Shown one piece after another: positions 45,622 through 53,720 of a DNA stretch of 60,819 nt. Below the pieces are notes generated by a model. It worked only from the letters and a program-made list of their open reading frames with translations, was not told the origin of the DNA and made no database searches. The stretch lies in assembly GCA_964547585.1 (NCBI GenBank), contig CAZJOI010000001.1:54037-114855 (forward strand), written 5' to 3'. Numbering within the stretch: the stretch's first letter is position 1; every line of letters begins with the position of its first letter. Source of the DNA: an uncultured Bdellovibrionales bacterium. GTDB taxonomy: Bacteria; Patescibacteriota; Minisyncoccia; Moranbacterales; UBA2206. Position numbers and translations under genes: made by a program.

Positions 45622-45647
45622 AAGGTAAATTAGAGATTTATAATATT
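45622..45647 (+). repeat. leader shared by rpsH and rplF (copy 2)
   Basis: AAGGTAAATTAGAGATTTATAATATT precedes ATGTCA. Confidence 0.6.
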
Positions 45648-46187
45648 ATGTCAAGAATAGGAAAAAAAGTAATAATTATTCCTCAAGGAGTTGAGGTTAA
45701 ATATCAGAATAAGACCGTAAGCGTTAAGGGTCCAAAAGGAACTTTGGATTTGGTTATTTATGATGAATTGGATTTGGAAGTTAAGGAAAATGAAATTATA
45801 GTAAATAAAATTAGAAACTCAAAAAAAGCGCCAGCGCTTTGGGGTCTAACTCGAGCATTGATAAGCAATCTTATCACCGGAGTAACAGTTGGTTATGAAA
45901 AGAAATTGGAACTTCAGGGAGTTGGATTCCGTATGGCTGTTCAAGGTAAAAAAATCAATTTGGCTCTGGGATTTTCTCATCCAGTTGTGGTTGATGTCCC
46001 AGAAGGAATTGAAGCTAAGATTGCTGAAGCAAATATTTTGATAATTTCCGGAATTGATAAGCAAAAAATAGGACAATTTGCTGCCGACATCAGATCACTC
46101 AAAGAAGCTGAACCGTACAAAGGCAAAGGATTCAGATATGTCGGTGAATATGTCAGAAGAAAAGCTGGCAAAAAAGCCGCCAAATAA
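45648..46187 (+). CDS. rplF: 50S ribosomal protein L6
   Basis: MSRIGKK.I.IP.GV.V and the PYKGKG.RY motif. Confidence 0.95.
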   Translation: MSRIGKKVIIIPQGVEVKYQNKTVSVKGPKGTLDLVIYDELDLEVKENEIIVNKIRNSKKAPALWGLTRALISNLITGVTVGYEKKLELQGVGFRMAVQGKKINLALGFSHPVVVDVPEGIEAKIAEANILIISGIDKQKIGQFAADIRSLKEAEPYKGKGFRYVGEYVRRKAGKKAAK

Positions 46188-46209
46188 TTAGAAATAATCT
46201 ATCATTTTT

Positions 46210-46557
46210 ATGAAAACATTAAGCAGAAATAAAACAAGACTGCAAAGAACAAAAAGAATCAGAGCTAAGGTCAGAGGAACAAACGAAGTTCCAAGGCTTT
46301 CTGTTTTCAAAAGCCTGAAAGGAGTTTGGGCTCAGGTTATTGATGATGAAAACGGAAAAACTCTGGCTGCGGCTAGTTCAAAAACAGCCAAAGCCAAGGA
46401 TGATTTGGAGGGCGCCAAAAAGGTTGGTATTCTTTTGGCCAAGAAATGTTTGGAAAAGAAAATCGAGAAAGTTGTTTTTGATAGAGCTGGATATAAATAT
46501 CATGGGAAAGTTAAATCCCTAGCCGAAGGTGCAAGAGAAGGGGGACTCAAATTTTAG
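46210..46557 (+). CDS. rplR: 50S ribosomal protein L18
   Basis: R.R.R.K..GT...PRL.VF.S.K...AQ.IDD and YHG.VKALAE.ARE.GL.F. Confidence 0.93.
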   Translation: MKTLSRNKTRLQRTKRIRAKVRGTNEVPRLSVFKSLKGVWAQVIDDENGKTLAAASSKTAKAKDDLEGAKKVGILLAKKCLEKKIEKVVFDRAGYKYHGKVKSLAEGAREGGLKF

Positions 46558-46579
46558 GTTATAATAAATATCAATGGCG

Positions 46580-46738
46580 ACCCCGCAAAAAATTCCAGTA
46601 ACATTTTATTTTAATATTTAGAATCATTTGCGAATACGCCTGACGGCTTAATAAATAAATAACAAAGAGTTTAAATAGCGAATTTTCGCGGGGTGCTCAT
46701 AATTGTAGCTACTCGCGAGGCGCTCGAAGACAATTATG
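46580..46738 (+). repeat. structured element family, copy C (L18/S5 spacer)
   Basis: 5' arm ACCCCGCAAAAAATTC(46580-46595). TTGCGAATACGCCTGACGGCTT. GAGTTTAAATAGC. 3' arm GAATTTTCGCGGGGT(46680-46694). CATAATTGT(46698-46706) pairs with ACAATTATG(46730-46738). Confidence 0.75.
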
Positions 46739-47236
46739 GCAAGAGATAAAAAATTTAGAGCTAAAAGAGAAAAACCTGAATTTGAACAGAAGCTCTTGGA
46801 TTTGGCGAGAGTTGCCCGCGTAGTTAAGGGCGGAAGACGTTTTCGATTTAGAGCAACTTTGGTTATCGGTAATAGAAAAGGCAAGGTTGGTGTTGGAGTT
46901 GGCAAAGGTGCTGATGTTTCTGATGCCATCAAAAAAGCCTATGACGATGCTAACAAAAATATGATTTCAGTTTTGTTTAATAAAAACACAATTTTTCATG
47001 ACATTCATCATAAAAAAGGTAGTGCAAAAATTATTCTAAAGCCTGCTAAGGAAGGAAGAGGAATTATTGCCGGAGGTGCAATTCGAGCTGTGATTGATTT
47101 GTCCGGAATAAGAGATATCGTAGCCAAATCACTTGGGACTTCAAATAAATTAAATGTTGCCAGAGCAACAGTTGAAGCCCTTTCCCAATTGGCTTATTCC
47201 AAAACAAGAAAAGAAAGACTGGAAGCTAAAAACTAA
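46736..47236 (+). CDS. rpsE: 30S ribosomal protein S5
   Basis: VVKGGRRF.F.A.VV.G...G.VG.G.GKA. Confidence 0.95.
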   Translation: MARDKKFRAKREKPEFEQKLLDLARVARVVKGGRRFRFRATLVIGNRKGKVGVGVGKGADVSDAIKKAYDDANKNMISVLFNKNTIFHDIHHKKGSAKIILKPAKEGRGIIAGGAIRAVIDLSGIRDIVAKSLGTSNKLNVARATVEALSQLAYSKTRKERLEAKN

Positions 47237-47250
47237 AAATTTATTAATTT

Positions 47251-47709
47251 ATGCAAATCAATACACTAAAACTTAAGAACAGCAGAAAGAAAAAGAAACA
47301 ACAGATTGGACGTGGCGGAAAAAAAGGAACTTACTGCGGTAAGGGAAATAAAGGACAAAAGGCCCGATCGGGGGCCCACGTGAACCCTCTTTTCGAAGGC
47401 GGAAGGTCGACTTTAATCGACCATTTGAAAAAAGCCAAAGGTTTCAAATCTCTCAGCTCAAAAACAGTAGTTGTCAGAATTGAAAGACTGGAAAAGAAAT
47501 TTAAAGATGGTTCGGAAATCAGCAAGGAAACTTTGGTGAAATCAGGAATTATCAATAGCTTAGAATCAAAAAGAAAAGTAAAAATTCTTGGCAAAACTGA
47601 TCTTAAGCACAAATTCAAAGTTAACAAGGATATTTTTGTCAGTCTTTCTTCTAAAACTTCAATCGAAAAAGCTGGTGGAGAAATTGAAATTGAAAAAAAG
47701 AGTAAGTAG
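47251..47709 (+). CDS. rplO: 50S ribosomal protein L15
   Basis: The GRGG.KG.T.G.G.KGQK.RSG pattern. It starts 14 nt after rpsE with no rpmD in between. Confidence 0.93.
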   Translation: MQINTLKLKNSRKKKKQQIGRGGKKGTYCGKGNKGQKARSGAHVNPLFEGGRSTLIDHLKKAKGFKSLSSKTVVVRIERLEKKFKDGSEISKETLVKSGIINSLESKRKVKILGKTDLKHKFKVNKDIFVSLSSKTSIEKAGGEIEIEKKSK

Positions 47710-47714
47710 ATGAA

Positions 47715-47740
47715 AAAGGGCGCCTTGAGTGCCCTTTGTT
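47715..47740 (+). terminator. hairpin after rplO (weak terminator)
   Basis: AAAGGGC-N9-GCCCTTT followed by GTTATT. Confidence 0.35.
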
Positions 47741-47763
47741 ATTATGATAAACTATTCTACAGC

Positions 47764-47881
47764 TATCCCGCGATCAATTCCAGTATAGTTTTATAATAAT
47801 GTAAAATTCCGACTGCGAATTCGCCTGCCTACCGGCAGGCAGGCCTACGGTTTAAGTTTCCAAAAATTATAAAGTTTAGAT
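47764..47881 (+). repeat. structured element family, copy D (L15/secY spacer), lacking the 3' arm and start-codon helix
   Basis: TATCCCGCGATCAATTCCAG. CTGCGAATTCGCC-[GCCTGCC-TACC-GGCAGGC]-..CTACGGTTT. ATAAAGTTTAGAT is followed immediately by the secY ATG. Confidence 0.65.
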
Positions 47882-49150
47882 ATGGAAAAAATAATTCAAA
47901 TATTTAAAGTCAAGGAACTGAGGAATAAGATATTTTTTATTCTGGGTTTGTTGATTGTTTTTAGATTGGCGGCTAACATTCCATTGCCTGGAGTAAATCA
48001 AGATCAATTGGTCAGATTCTTTGAGGGCAATCAATTTTTCGGACTTCTGAACCTTTTTTCAGGCGGGGGGCTAAGCAGCATTTCTATTGTCATGTTGGGA
48101 GTTGGTCCATATATCACAGCTTCCATTATTATGCAGCTTTTGACTATGATTGTTCCGCGTCTGGAACAAATATATAAGGAAGAGGGCGAGGCTGGTAGAC
48201 AAAAATTTAACCAATGGACCAGGTGGATCACGGTTCCGCTGGCGGCTATGCAAACTTTTGGGATGGTTTCTCTTTTGCGTTCGCAACAGATTCTGGGCGA
48301 TATTGATTCCTTTGGAATGTTTTCCATTATTACCGTCGCGGTTGCCGGAACGGTATTTTTGATGTGGTTGGGGGAACTTATAACAGAGAAAAAAATTGGA
48401 AATGGCGTTTCTTTAATAATATTTGCGGGAATTGTGGCTGGGCTGCCTTCAGTTATTTCTCGAATTTTTACCACTGGTGATTCATCCCAGATATTTCTTT
48501 ATGGCGGAATATTGGTTTTGGTTGTTGCCGCGATTGCCAGTATTGTTTTCATAACTGAAGGACAAAGAAATATTCCAGTTTCCTATGCCAAGAGAATCAG
48601 AGGCAATCGCATGTATGGCGGGACAACTTCTCATCTGCCGCTTCGAGTCAATCAAGCCGGAGTTATCCCAATTATTTTTGCTATGTCAATTATGCTTTTT
48701 CCAGGAATGATTGCTAATTTTTTGGCTAATGCAGGAAATCCAGCAATTGCCAGTATTGCTAAAACAGTCGGAAATGTTTTTCAAAACCAATGGTTCTATG
48801 GATCGCTATATTTCATTTTGGTAGTAGCTTTTACCTATTTCTATACCGCTGTAGTGTTTGATCCACATAAAATTTCTGAAAGCCTGCAAAAGCAAGGCGG
48901 ATACATTCCCGGTATCAGACCAGGTGGCAATACAGCTGAATATCTATACAAAATTATGAATAGAATAATTCTTTCCGGAGCTTTGTTTTTAGGCTTAATT
49001 GCAGTCTTGCCTTTTATTGTTACGGGTGTAACTAATATTAGCTCTCTGAGCATTGGCGGAACCGGACTTCTGATTGTGGTTTCGGTTGTTATTGAAACAA
49101 TCAAACAAATTGAAAGTCAGCTAATGATGAGAGATTACGAAGGATTCTAA
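47882..49150 (+). CDS. secY: preprotein translocase subunit SecY
   Basis: 10-TM SecY pattern (GLNLFSGG, GNGVSLIIF). Confidence 0.95.
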   Translation: MEKIIQIFKVKELRNKIFFILGLLIVFRLAANIPLPGVNQDQLVRFFEGNQFFGLLNLFSGGGLSSISIVMLGVGPYITASIIMQLLTMIVPRLEQIYKEEGEAGRQKFNQWTRWITVPLAAMQTFGMVSLLRSQQILGDIDSFGMFSIITVAVAGTVFLMWLGELITEKKIGNGVSLIIFAGIVAGLPSVISRIFTTGDSSQIFLYGGILVLVVAAIASIVFITEGQRNIPVSYAKRIRGNRMYGGTTSHLPLRVNQAGVIPIIFAMSIMLFPGMIANFLANAGNPAIASIAKTVGNVFQNQWFYGSLYFILVVAFTYFYTAVVFDPHKISESLQKQGGYIPGIRPGGNTAEYLYKIMNRIILSGALFLGLIAVLPFIVTGVTNISSLSIGGTGLLIVVSVVIETIKQIESQLMMRDYEGF

Positions 49151-49248
49151 CCAACTTGCTTCGCAAGAATTTTTAATTTTTATTTTTTTTAATTTTATAA
49201 ATAAATCTAAATTTTAAAATGTTTAAAAATTAGATATTAAAAATTATT

Positions 49249-49902
49249 TTGAATATTGTTATTCTCGGTCCGCAAGGATCTGGTAAGGGGACTCAATCGG
49301 AAATGGTAGCGCAAAAATATGATGCGGAGCATTTTGACACCGGAAAATTATTGCGTCAAGTTTCCAAATCAGACACACCGCTTGGAAAAGAAATTCACGA
49401 AATTGTTATTGAAAAAAAAGAGTTGGTTCCCAGCAGAATCTTGAAAGAAATTTTGCATCTTCGACTGAATGATTTGCAGAGGGAACAAAGCATTGTTTTC
49501 GATGGTGTTCCGAGAAATATGGAACAAGCTAGCTATTTTGAAGAAGCCTTGCTGGAATTCGGTCGTAAATTGGACAAAGTATTTTTTATTAATATTTCTG
49601 AAAAAGAATCAATCAAAAGAATTTCCAAGAGATGGATTTGCCAAAAATGCCGAAAAATTATGATTATGGGTAAAGACATAAAAAAAGAAAAAGAGGCTTG
49701 TCCTGCGTGTGGTGGAGAAATATCGCAAAGAGCAGATGACACACCCGAAGGTGTCAAGAAAAGACTACATATTTATCAAGAAGAAACCCTCCCAGTATTG
49801 GATTTTTTCAAAAAAGAAAATCTGCTGGTAGAAATAAATGGAGAACAATTAATTGAAAAAGTTTTTGAAGATATTATAAAAGTTGTAGAAAAAAATGATT
49901 AG
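49249..49902 (+). CDS. adk: adenylate kinase (zinc-lid type)
   Basis: GPQGSGKGTQ P-loop. Lid with CQKC..CPAC. TTG start. Confidence 0.92.
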   Translation: MNIVILGPQGSGKGTQSEMVAQKYDAEHFDTGKLLRQVSKSDTPLGKEIHEIVIEKKELVPSRILKEILHLRLNDLQREQSIVFDGVPRNMEQASYFEEALLEFGRKLDKVFFINISEKESIKRISKRWICQKCRKIMIMGKDIKKEKEACPACGGEISQRADDTPEGVKKRLHIYQEETLPVLDFFKKENLLVEINGEQLIEKVFEDIIKVVEKND

Positions 49903-50662
49903 TATCAAATCGCAAAAAGAAATAGAGTCAATGCGTAAGGGAGGTAAGATTTTGGCGGGTATCATGAACAAACTTGGAAAAAAAGTTACCTCCGGAACAA
50001 ATACAAAAACCATAGACAAGCTTGCCGAAGAGCTTGTTTTTGCTGTTGGGGGAGTTCCAGCTTTCAAGGGTTATGGTGCAGAAATGGGCAATCCCTTTCC
50101 AGCCACTATTTGTTCTTCGGTTAATTCGGAAGTTGTGCACGCGATTCCCAGCAAAAAAGTAGTTTTGAAAGAAGGGGATATTTTGAAGATTGATATTGGC
50201 ATGAAACTGGAAGGAGTTTTTACGGATATGACGAGAACTTTTCCAGTAGGGGAAGTGTCCGAGGAGGCCAAAAAATTGATGGCTGTGGCGGAAGAATGTT
50301 TTTGGCAAGGCATCAAAAATATGAAAGCCGGAACGATGCTGAGTGATTATTCCAAGGCCGCTCAAAAGTATGTTGAGAGTCAGGGATTCTCAGTAGTCAG
50401 AAATTTAGTTGGTCATGGTATCGGGAAAGAACTACATGAAGATCCGTACGTTCCGAATTATTATGAAAAAAAATATCAAGATGTGAGACTACGAACTGGG
50501 ATGGCCTTGGCGCTTGAACCGATGGTTAATGCTGGAAAACACGAAACAATTTTGGGCGAGGATGGTTGGGTTTTTGTTACCAAAGACGGTAGTCTCAGCG
50601 CGCAATATGAAAATACTTTGATTATCAATGAGGACGGAGTGGAGGTAGTGACGATTGCTTGA
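49895..50662 (+). CDS. map: type I methionine aminopeptidase
   Basis: VVHAIP, DIGMK, GHGIG, LEPMV and ENT metal-ligand pattern. It overlaps the end of adk by 8 nt. Confidence 0.93.
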   Translation: MISIKSQKEIESMRKGGKILAGIMNKLGKKVTSGTNTKTIDKLAEELVFAVGGVPAFKGYGAEMGNPFPATICSSVNSEVVHAIPSKKVVLKEGDILKIDIGMKLEGVFTDMTRTFPVGEVSEEAKKLMAVAEECFWQGIKNMKAGTMLSDYSKAAQKYVESQGFSVVRNLVGHGIGKELHEDPYVPNYYEKKYQDVRLRTGMALALEPMVNAGKHETILGEDGWVFVTKDGSLSAQYENTLIINEDGVEVVTIA

Positions 50663-50676
50663 TGCTTTCAAAACAG

Positions 50677-50767
50677 GGGTATTTTATTATGATAATCCAC
50701 GCTGCGGTGCGATAACGGACAATTTTATAATCGCACCTACGAAGCGAATTATCATAATAAAATACCC
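50677..50767. repeat. perfect 20-bp hairpin enclosing an 8-bp inner hairpin (mini element H)
   Basis: GGGTATTTTATTATGATAAT(50677-50696) pairs with ATTATCATAATAAAATACCC(50748-50767). The inner helix is GGTGCGAT(50706-50713) with ATCGCACC(50730-50737). It contains TAACGG and ..CGAAGCGAATT next to the 3' arm. Confidence 0.7.
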
Positions 50768-50798
50768 AGTTTCTTGAAAAATAAGATTATTTTGAAAA

Positions 50799-50838
50799 TA
50801 AAAAAAGACCGGATACGCTATGCGTTAAATACCGGTCT
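50799..50838 (-). terminator. rho-independent terminator for the minus-strand small gene
   Basis: AGACCGG..CCGGTCT stem with an inner ACGC/GCGT helix. On the minus strand a T-run follows (the A-run at 50801-50806 on the plus strand). Confidence 0.6.
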
Positions 50839-50862
50839 CGTGTTCGCTGGTCGGGCATGTGA

Positions 50863-51087
50863 TCAGCGAACAAAAATTCTTTGGTTTTCTTTCCTTGGCC
50901 ATATTGCTATGGCCGCTGCGGCTGATACAACGGCTATGAAAAATAGCCCCCATACCATCCACCACGGATCCAGCGGATTCCCGTCGGGAATCCTTTTCCC
51001 CTGAACATTGGAAATCAGAAGGAAAATCCATCCCAGAGCCGCGTATCCCCCCAGAATTCCGAAAAACACTGACAAAGATTTCTTCAT
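50863..51087 (-). CDS. small two-TM membrane protein, GC-rich relative to its surroundings
   Basis: 74 aa (MKKSLSVFFGILGGYAALGW.. and ..WGLFFIAVVSAAAAIAIW). GGAGGA lies 6 nt upstream of this ATG, and its own terminator follows. Confidence 0.55.
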   Translation of the reverse strand: MKKSLSVFFGILGGYAALGWIFLLISNVQGKRIPDGNPLDPWWMVWGLFFIAVVSAAAAIAIWPRKENQRIFVR

Positions 51088-51157
51088 GATCATTCCTCCT
51101 TATTTTTTGGTTTTATTTTTTGTATTTTTCACTAACTGTCTATAATAGCACATAATT

Positions 51158-51670
51158 ATGGAAAAGTCAATATATACCGACAATAAGCCTTATATAAGCC
51201 TTGTCCCGCACCATTCAAATTCTTTTGGGTCAGCGAATAGCGAAAAGACCCAAAAGAATAAAAAAGATGAATTGGTGCTGGGGCATGTTTTGGCAATAGA
51301 TTTTGGAAAATCCAAGGTTGGTTTGGCTATGGCGGATATGGAGACTAAAATAGCTTTTGTCTATGGAATAATCCCAAATGACAAGAATATTTTTGATAAA
51401 CTAGCGGAAATAATCACCAAGGAAGGGATTAAGATGATCATAATTGGTGTTCCGGACTATGTGCATAAAGCCAAAGAAGAATATGCTGGCATATCGCTTG
51501 GCAATAGGCTAAAAGAAAAAATGGGCATTGAGGTGGAATATCAAAATGAAATGTTTACGACTAAAATGGCTCAAGAAAATATCAAAGAGCGGGATGGCAA
51601 AAATATTGCCAAAAAGGACGACCAAGAAGCAGCCAAAATAATTTTGCAGGACTGGCTCGATAAAGCCTAG
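51158..51670 (+). CDS. ruvX: Holliday-junction-resolvase-like nuclease RuvX/YqgF (start uncertain)
   Basis: The YqgF core starts near VLAIDFGKSKVGLAMAD. The first 40 or so codons coincide with repeat element R. In-frame alternative starts are TTG 51272, GTG 51275 and TTG 51290. Confidence 0.7.
   Translation: MEKSIYTDNKPYISLVPHHSNSFGSANSEKTQKNKKDELVLGHVLAIDFGKSKVGLAMADMETKIAFVYGIIPNDKNIFDKLAEIITKEGIKMIIIGVPDYVHKAKEEYAGISLGNRLKEKMGIEVEYQNEMFTTKMAQENIKERDGKNIAKKDDQEAAKIILQDWLDKA
51205..51283 (+). repeat. structured element family, short copy R inside the annotated ruvX 5' end
   Basis: CCCGCACCATTC(51205-51216) and GAATTGGTGCTGGGG(51269-51283) flank a perfect 10-bp hairpin, CTTTTGGGTC/GACCCAAAAG, whose loop is AGCGAATAGCGAAAA. 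Confidence 0.55.
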
Positions 51671-51787
51671 AATATATCAAATATTGAGAGGCATATTGCT
51701 CAGGAACAATTTTTCCTTGTTCCGTAATTTTGTGCTATAATTAACCAGTATAAAATAGATTAATCAGCTTAAGTGAAAAATAAAACC

Positions 51788-52531
51788 ATGGAAAAACCGT
51801 ATTTATCAGTTGTTATTCCAGCTTATAATGAAGGCAGTCGTGATGGAGCAGGTATCAGAGAACATTTACAAAGCATAAAAGCATATCTGGATAATAAAAA
51901 TATTTCATATGAAATAATCGTTGTTAATGATGGCTCAAAAGATGATACGGCTAAAGTTATCGAAGAATATAAAAAAAATATACCCAATCTAGTTTTTATT
52001 AACAGAAAGGAAAACAAAGGAAAACTATTTTCTGTTCAGGAGGGGCTTTTGAAAGCACAGGGGCAATTCCGTCTTTTTACGGATGCTGATGGCGCGACAC
52101 CCATTGATAGTTTGGATAAATTTTGGGATCATATGAAAGCCAACGAGCATATTATCATTGGATCTCGAGACTTGGAACAATCCAAGATTGAAAAACATCA
52201 GCCATGGATAAAAGAATTTTTGGGAGATATGGGAAATTACCTCATTCAGTTTACATTGGATCTTCGTGGAATTATGGATACACAGTGTGGTTTCAAAGTT
52301 CTTTCGCAGGAGGTGGTAGAAAAAATTATTCCGCAAATGCAAGCTATCAGGTGGGGTGGTGATTTTGAAATTTTAGCAATCGGGAAAAAAATGGGATACA
52401 AAATAGTTGAAGTCCCAGTTACTTGGATTGACTCAGGACAAAGCACGGTGGGGATTAAGGGATATATCCAAACATTAAAAGAACTGTTTCAGGTAAAATG
52501 GAGAATGATAACGGGGAAATATAAAATATAG
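51788..52531 (+). CDS. family-2 glycosyltransferase (polyprenyl-phosphate sugar transferase-like)
   Basis: SVVIPAYNE, VVNDGSKDDT and TDADG. The ORF track starts at GTG 51773. Confidence 0.8.
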   Translation: MEKPYLSVVIPAYNEGSRDGAGIREHLQSIKAYLDNKNISYEIIVVNDGSKDDTAKVIEEYKKNIPNLVFINRKENKGKLFSVQEGLLKAQGQFRLFTDADGATPIDSLDKFWDHMKANEHIIIGSRDLEQSKIEKHQPWIKEFLGDMGNYLIQFTLDLRGIMDTQCGFKVLSQEVVEKIIPQMQAIRWGGDFEILAIGKKMGYKIVEVPVTWIDSGQSTVGIKGYIQTLKELFQVKWRMITGKYKI

Positions 52532-52540
52532 GTTAAGTCG

Positions 52541-52698
52541 GACCCCGCACCAATTCCAAAAAATGTTTTCTGCCAGAAGTTGGTTTTGTGCGCGTGGTCG
52601 CCTAACGGCTTAAAGTTAAAAAATAAAAAGTCTCACGAGCGAATTGGTGCAGGGGTTCTCATTTTTGTTCCTGCTCGCTTAGCTCACAGACAAAAATG
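52541..52698 (+). repeat. structured element family, copy E (upstream of galT)
   Basis: 5' arm GACCCCGCACCAATTCC(52541-52557). ..GTCGCCTAACGGCTT. ..GAGC. 3' arm GAATTGGTGCAGGGG(52641-52655). CATTTTTGT(52660-52668) pairs with ACAAAAATG(52690-52698). Confidence 0.7.
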
Positions 52699-53715
52699 GA
52701 AAAAATAAAAAAACAAAAAATATCACAATTGCGGCAAGATTTGGTGACGGGTGATTGGGTTGTGATTGCAACTGGGAGAGCTAAAAGACCAGAAGATTTT
52801 GTCTTGCATAAAGAAGAGCAGATTGAGGTTACTATTAACAATGAAAATAAAACCTGCGTTTTTTGTACGCCAGAGGAAACAGGACAAGAAAAAGATATTT
52901 TGATTTATAAAAAAGCTGATGAAGACTGGAGTCTTCGAGTTTTCCCAAATAAATATCCGGCTTTCACTCGAGGTAGGGTAGTCAAGCATTTTGAAGAAGG
53001 CCCATATTTTGGGATGGATGGCGTTGGCTATCATGAGGTTATTGTGACTCGAGATCACAATAGACAAATTGCCAATCTGGATGTGATGGAGGTAATGGAA
53101 ATAATCGATGCCTATCAAAGTCGTTATATTGACTTGATGAACAAAAAAAGTGTCAATTTTATTGAAATTTTTCATAATCATGGCAAAGAGGCTGGAGCTT
53201 CTCTTTCTCATCCGCATTCTCAACTAGCGGCTATTCCTGTGATTTCACCCTACATTAAAGGCGAATTGCAAGGAGCGGAGACATACTATAAAAATAACAA
53301 GGAGTGCGTTTTTTGTGTTATGAATGAATGGGAATGTGAAAGCCAGAAAAGAGTTATTTTTGAAAATAAAGAATTTGTGGCGTATTGTCCTTTTTCATCG
53401 CGTGCAGCTTTTGAAGTTTGGATTGTTCCTAAAAAACATCAGCCTTACTTCGAAAGAATAACGGACAAACAAAAAAAAGGATTGGCAGAAGCTTTGCAAA
53501 ATTCAATAAATAAAATCTACAAGGCCTTGGGAAATCCGCCTTACAATTTTTATCTGCACACTGCGCCTTGCGATGGAAAAGATTATGCACATTATCATTG
53601 GCACATCGAGATTATTCCACATACCTCTACTTGGGCTGGGTTTGAACTTTCAACTGGGGTTGAAATATCCACCATTGAACCGGAAGTTGCCGCAGAATTT
53701 TTAAGAAATATTTAA
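52696..53715 (+). CDS. galT: galactose-1-phosphate uridylyltransferase family (HIT superfamily) enzyme
   Basis: CVFC zinc site, FPNKYPA and SLSHPHSQL (HxHxQ). Confidence 0.8.
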   Translation: MEKIKKQKISQLRQDLVTGDWVVIATGRAKRPEDFVLHKEEQIEVTINNENKTCVFCTPEETGQEKDILIYKKADEDWSLRVFPNKYPAFTRGRVVKHFEEGPYFGMDGVGYHEVIVTRDHNRQIANLDVMEVMEIIDAYQSRYIDLMNKKSVNFIEIFHNHGKEAGASLSHPHSQLAAIPVISPYIKGELQGAETYYKNNKECVFCVMNEWECESQKRVIFENKEFVAYCPFSSRAAFEVWIVPKKHQPYFERITDKQKKGLAEALQNSINKIYKALGNPPYNFYLHTAPCDGKDYAHYHWHIEIIPHTSTWAGFELSTGVEISTIEPEVAAEFLRNI

Positions 53716-53720
53716 AGAAT

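Noticed and set aside
50774-51031. ORFs 50774-51004(+) and 50825-51031(-) overlapping the small minus-strand gene
   Set aside because: These are overlapping frames in a GC-rich patch. Only 50863-51087(-) has an SD, a terminator and clear TM helices.
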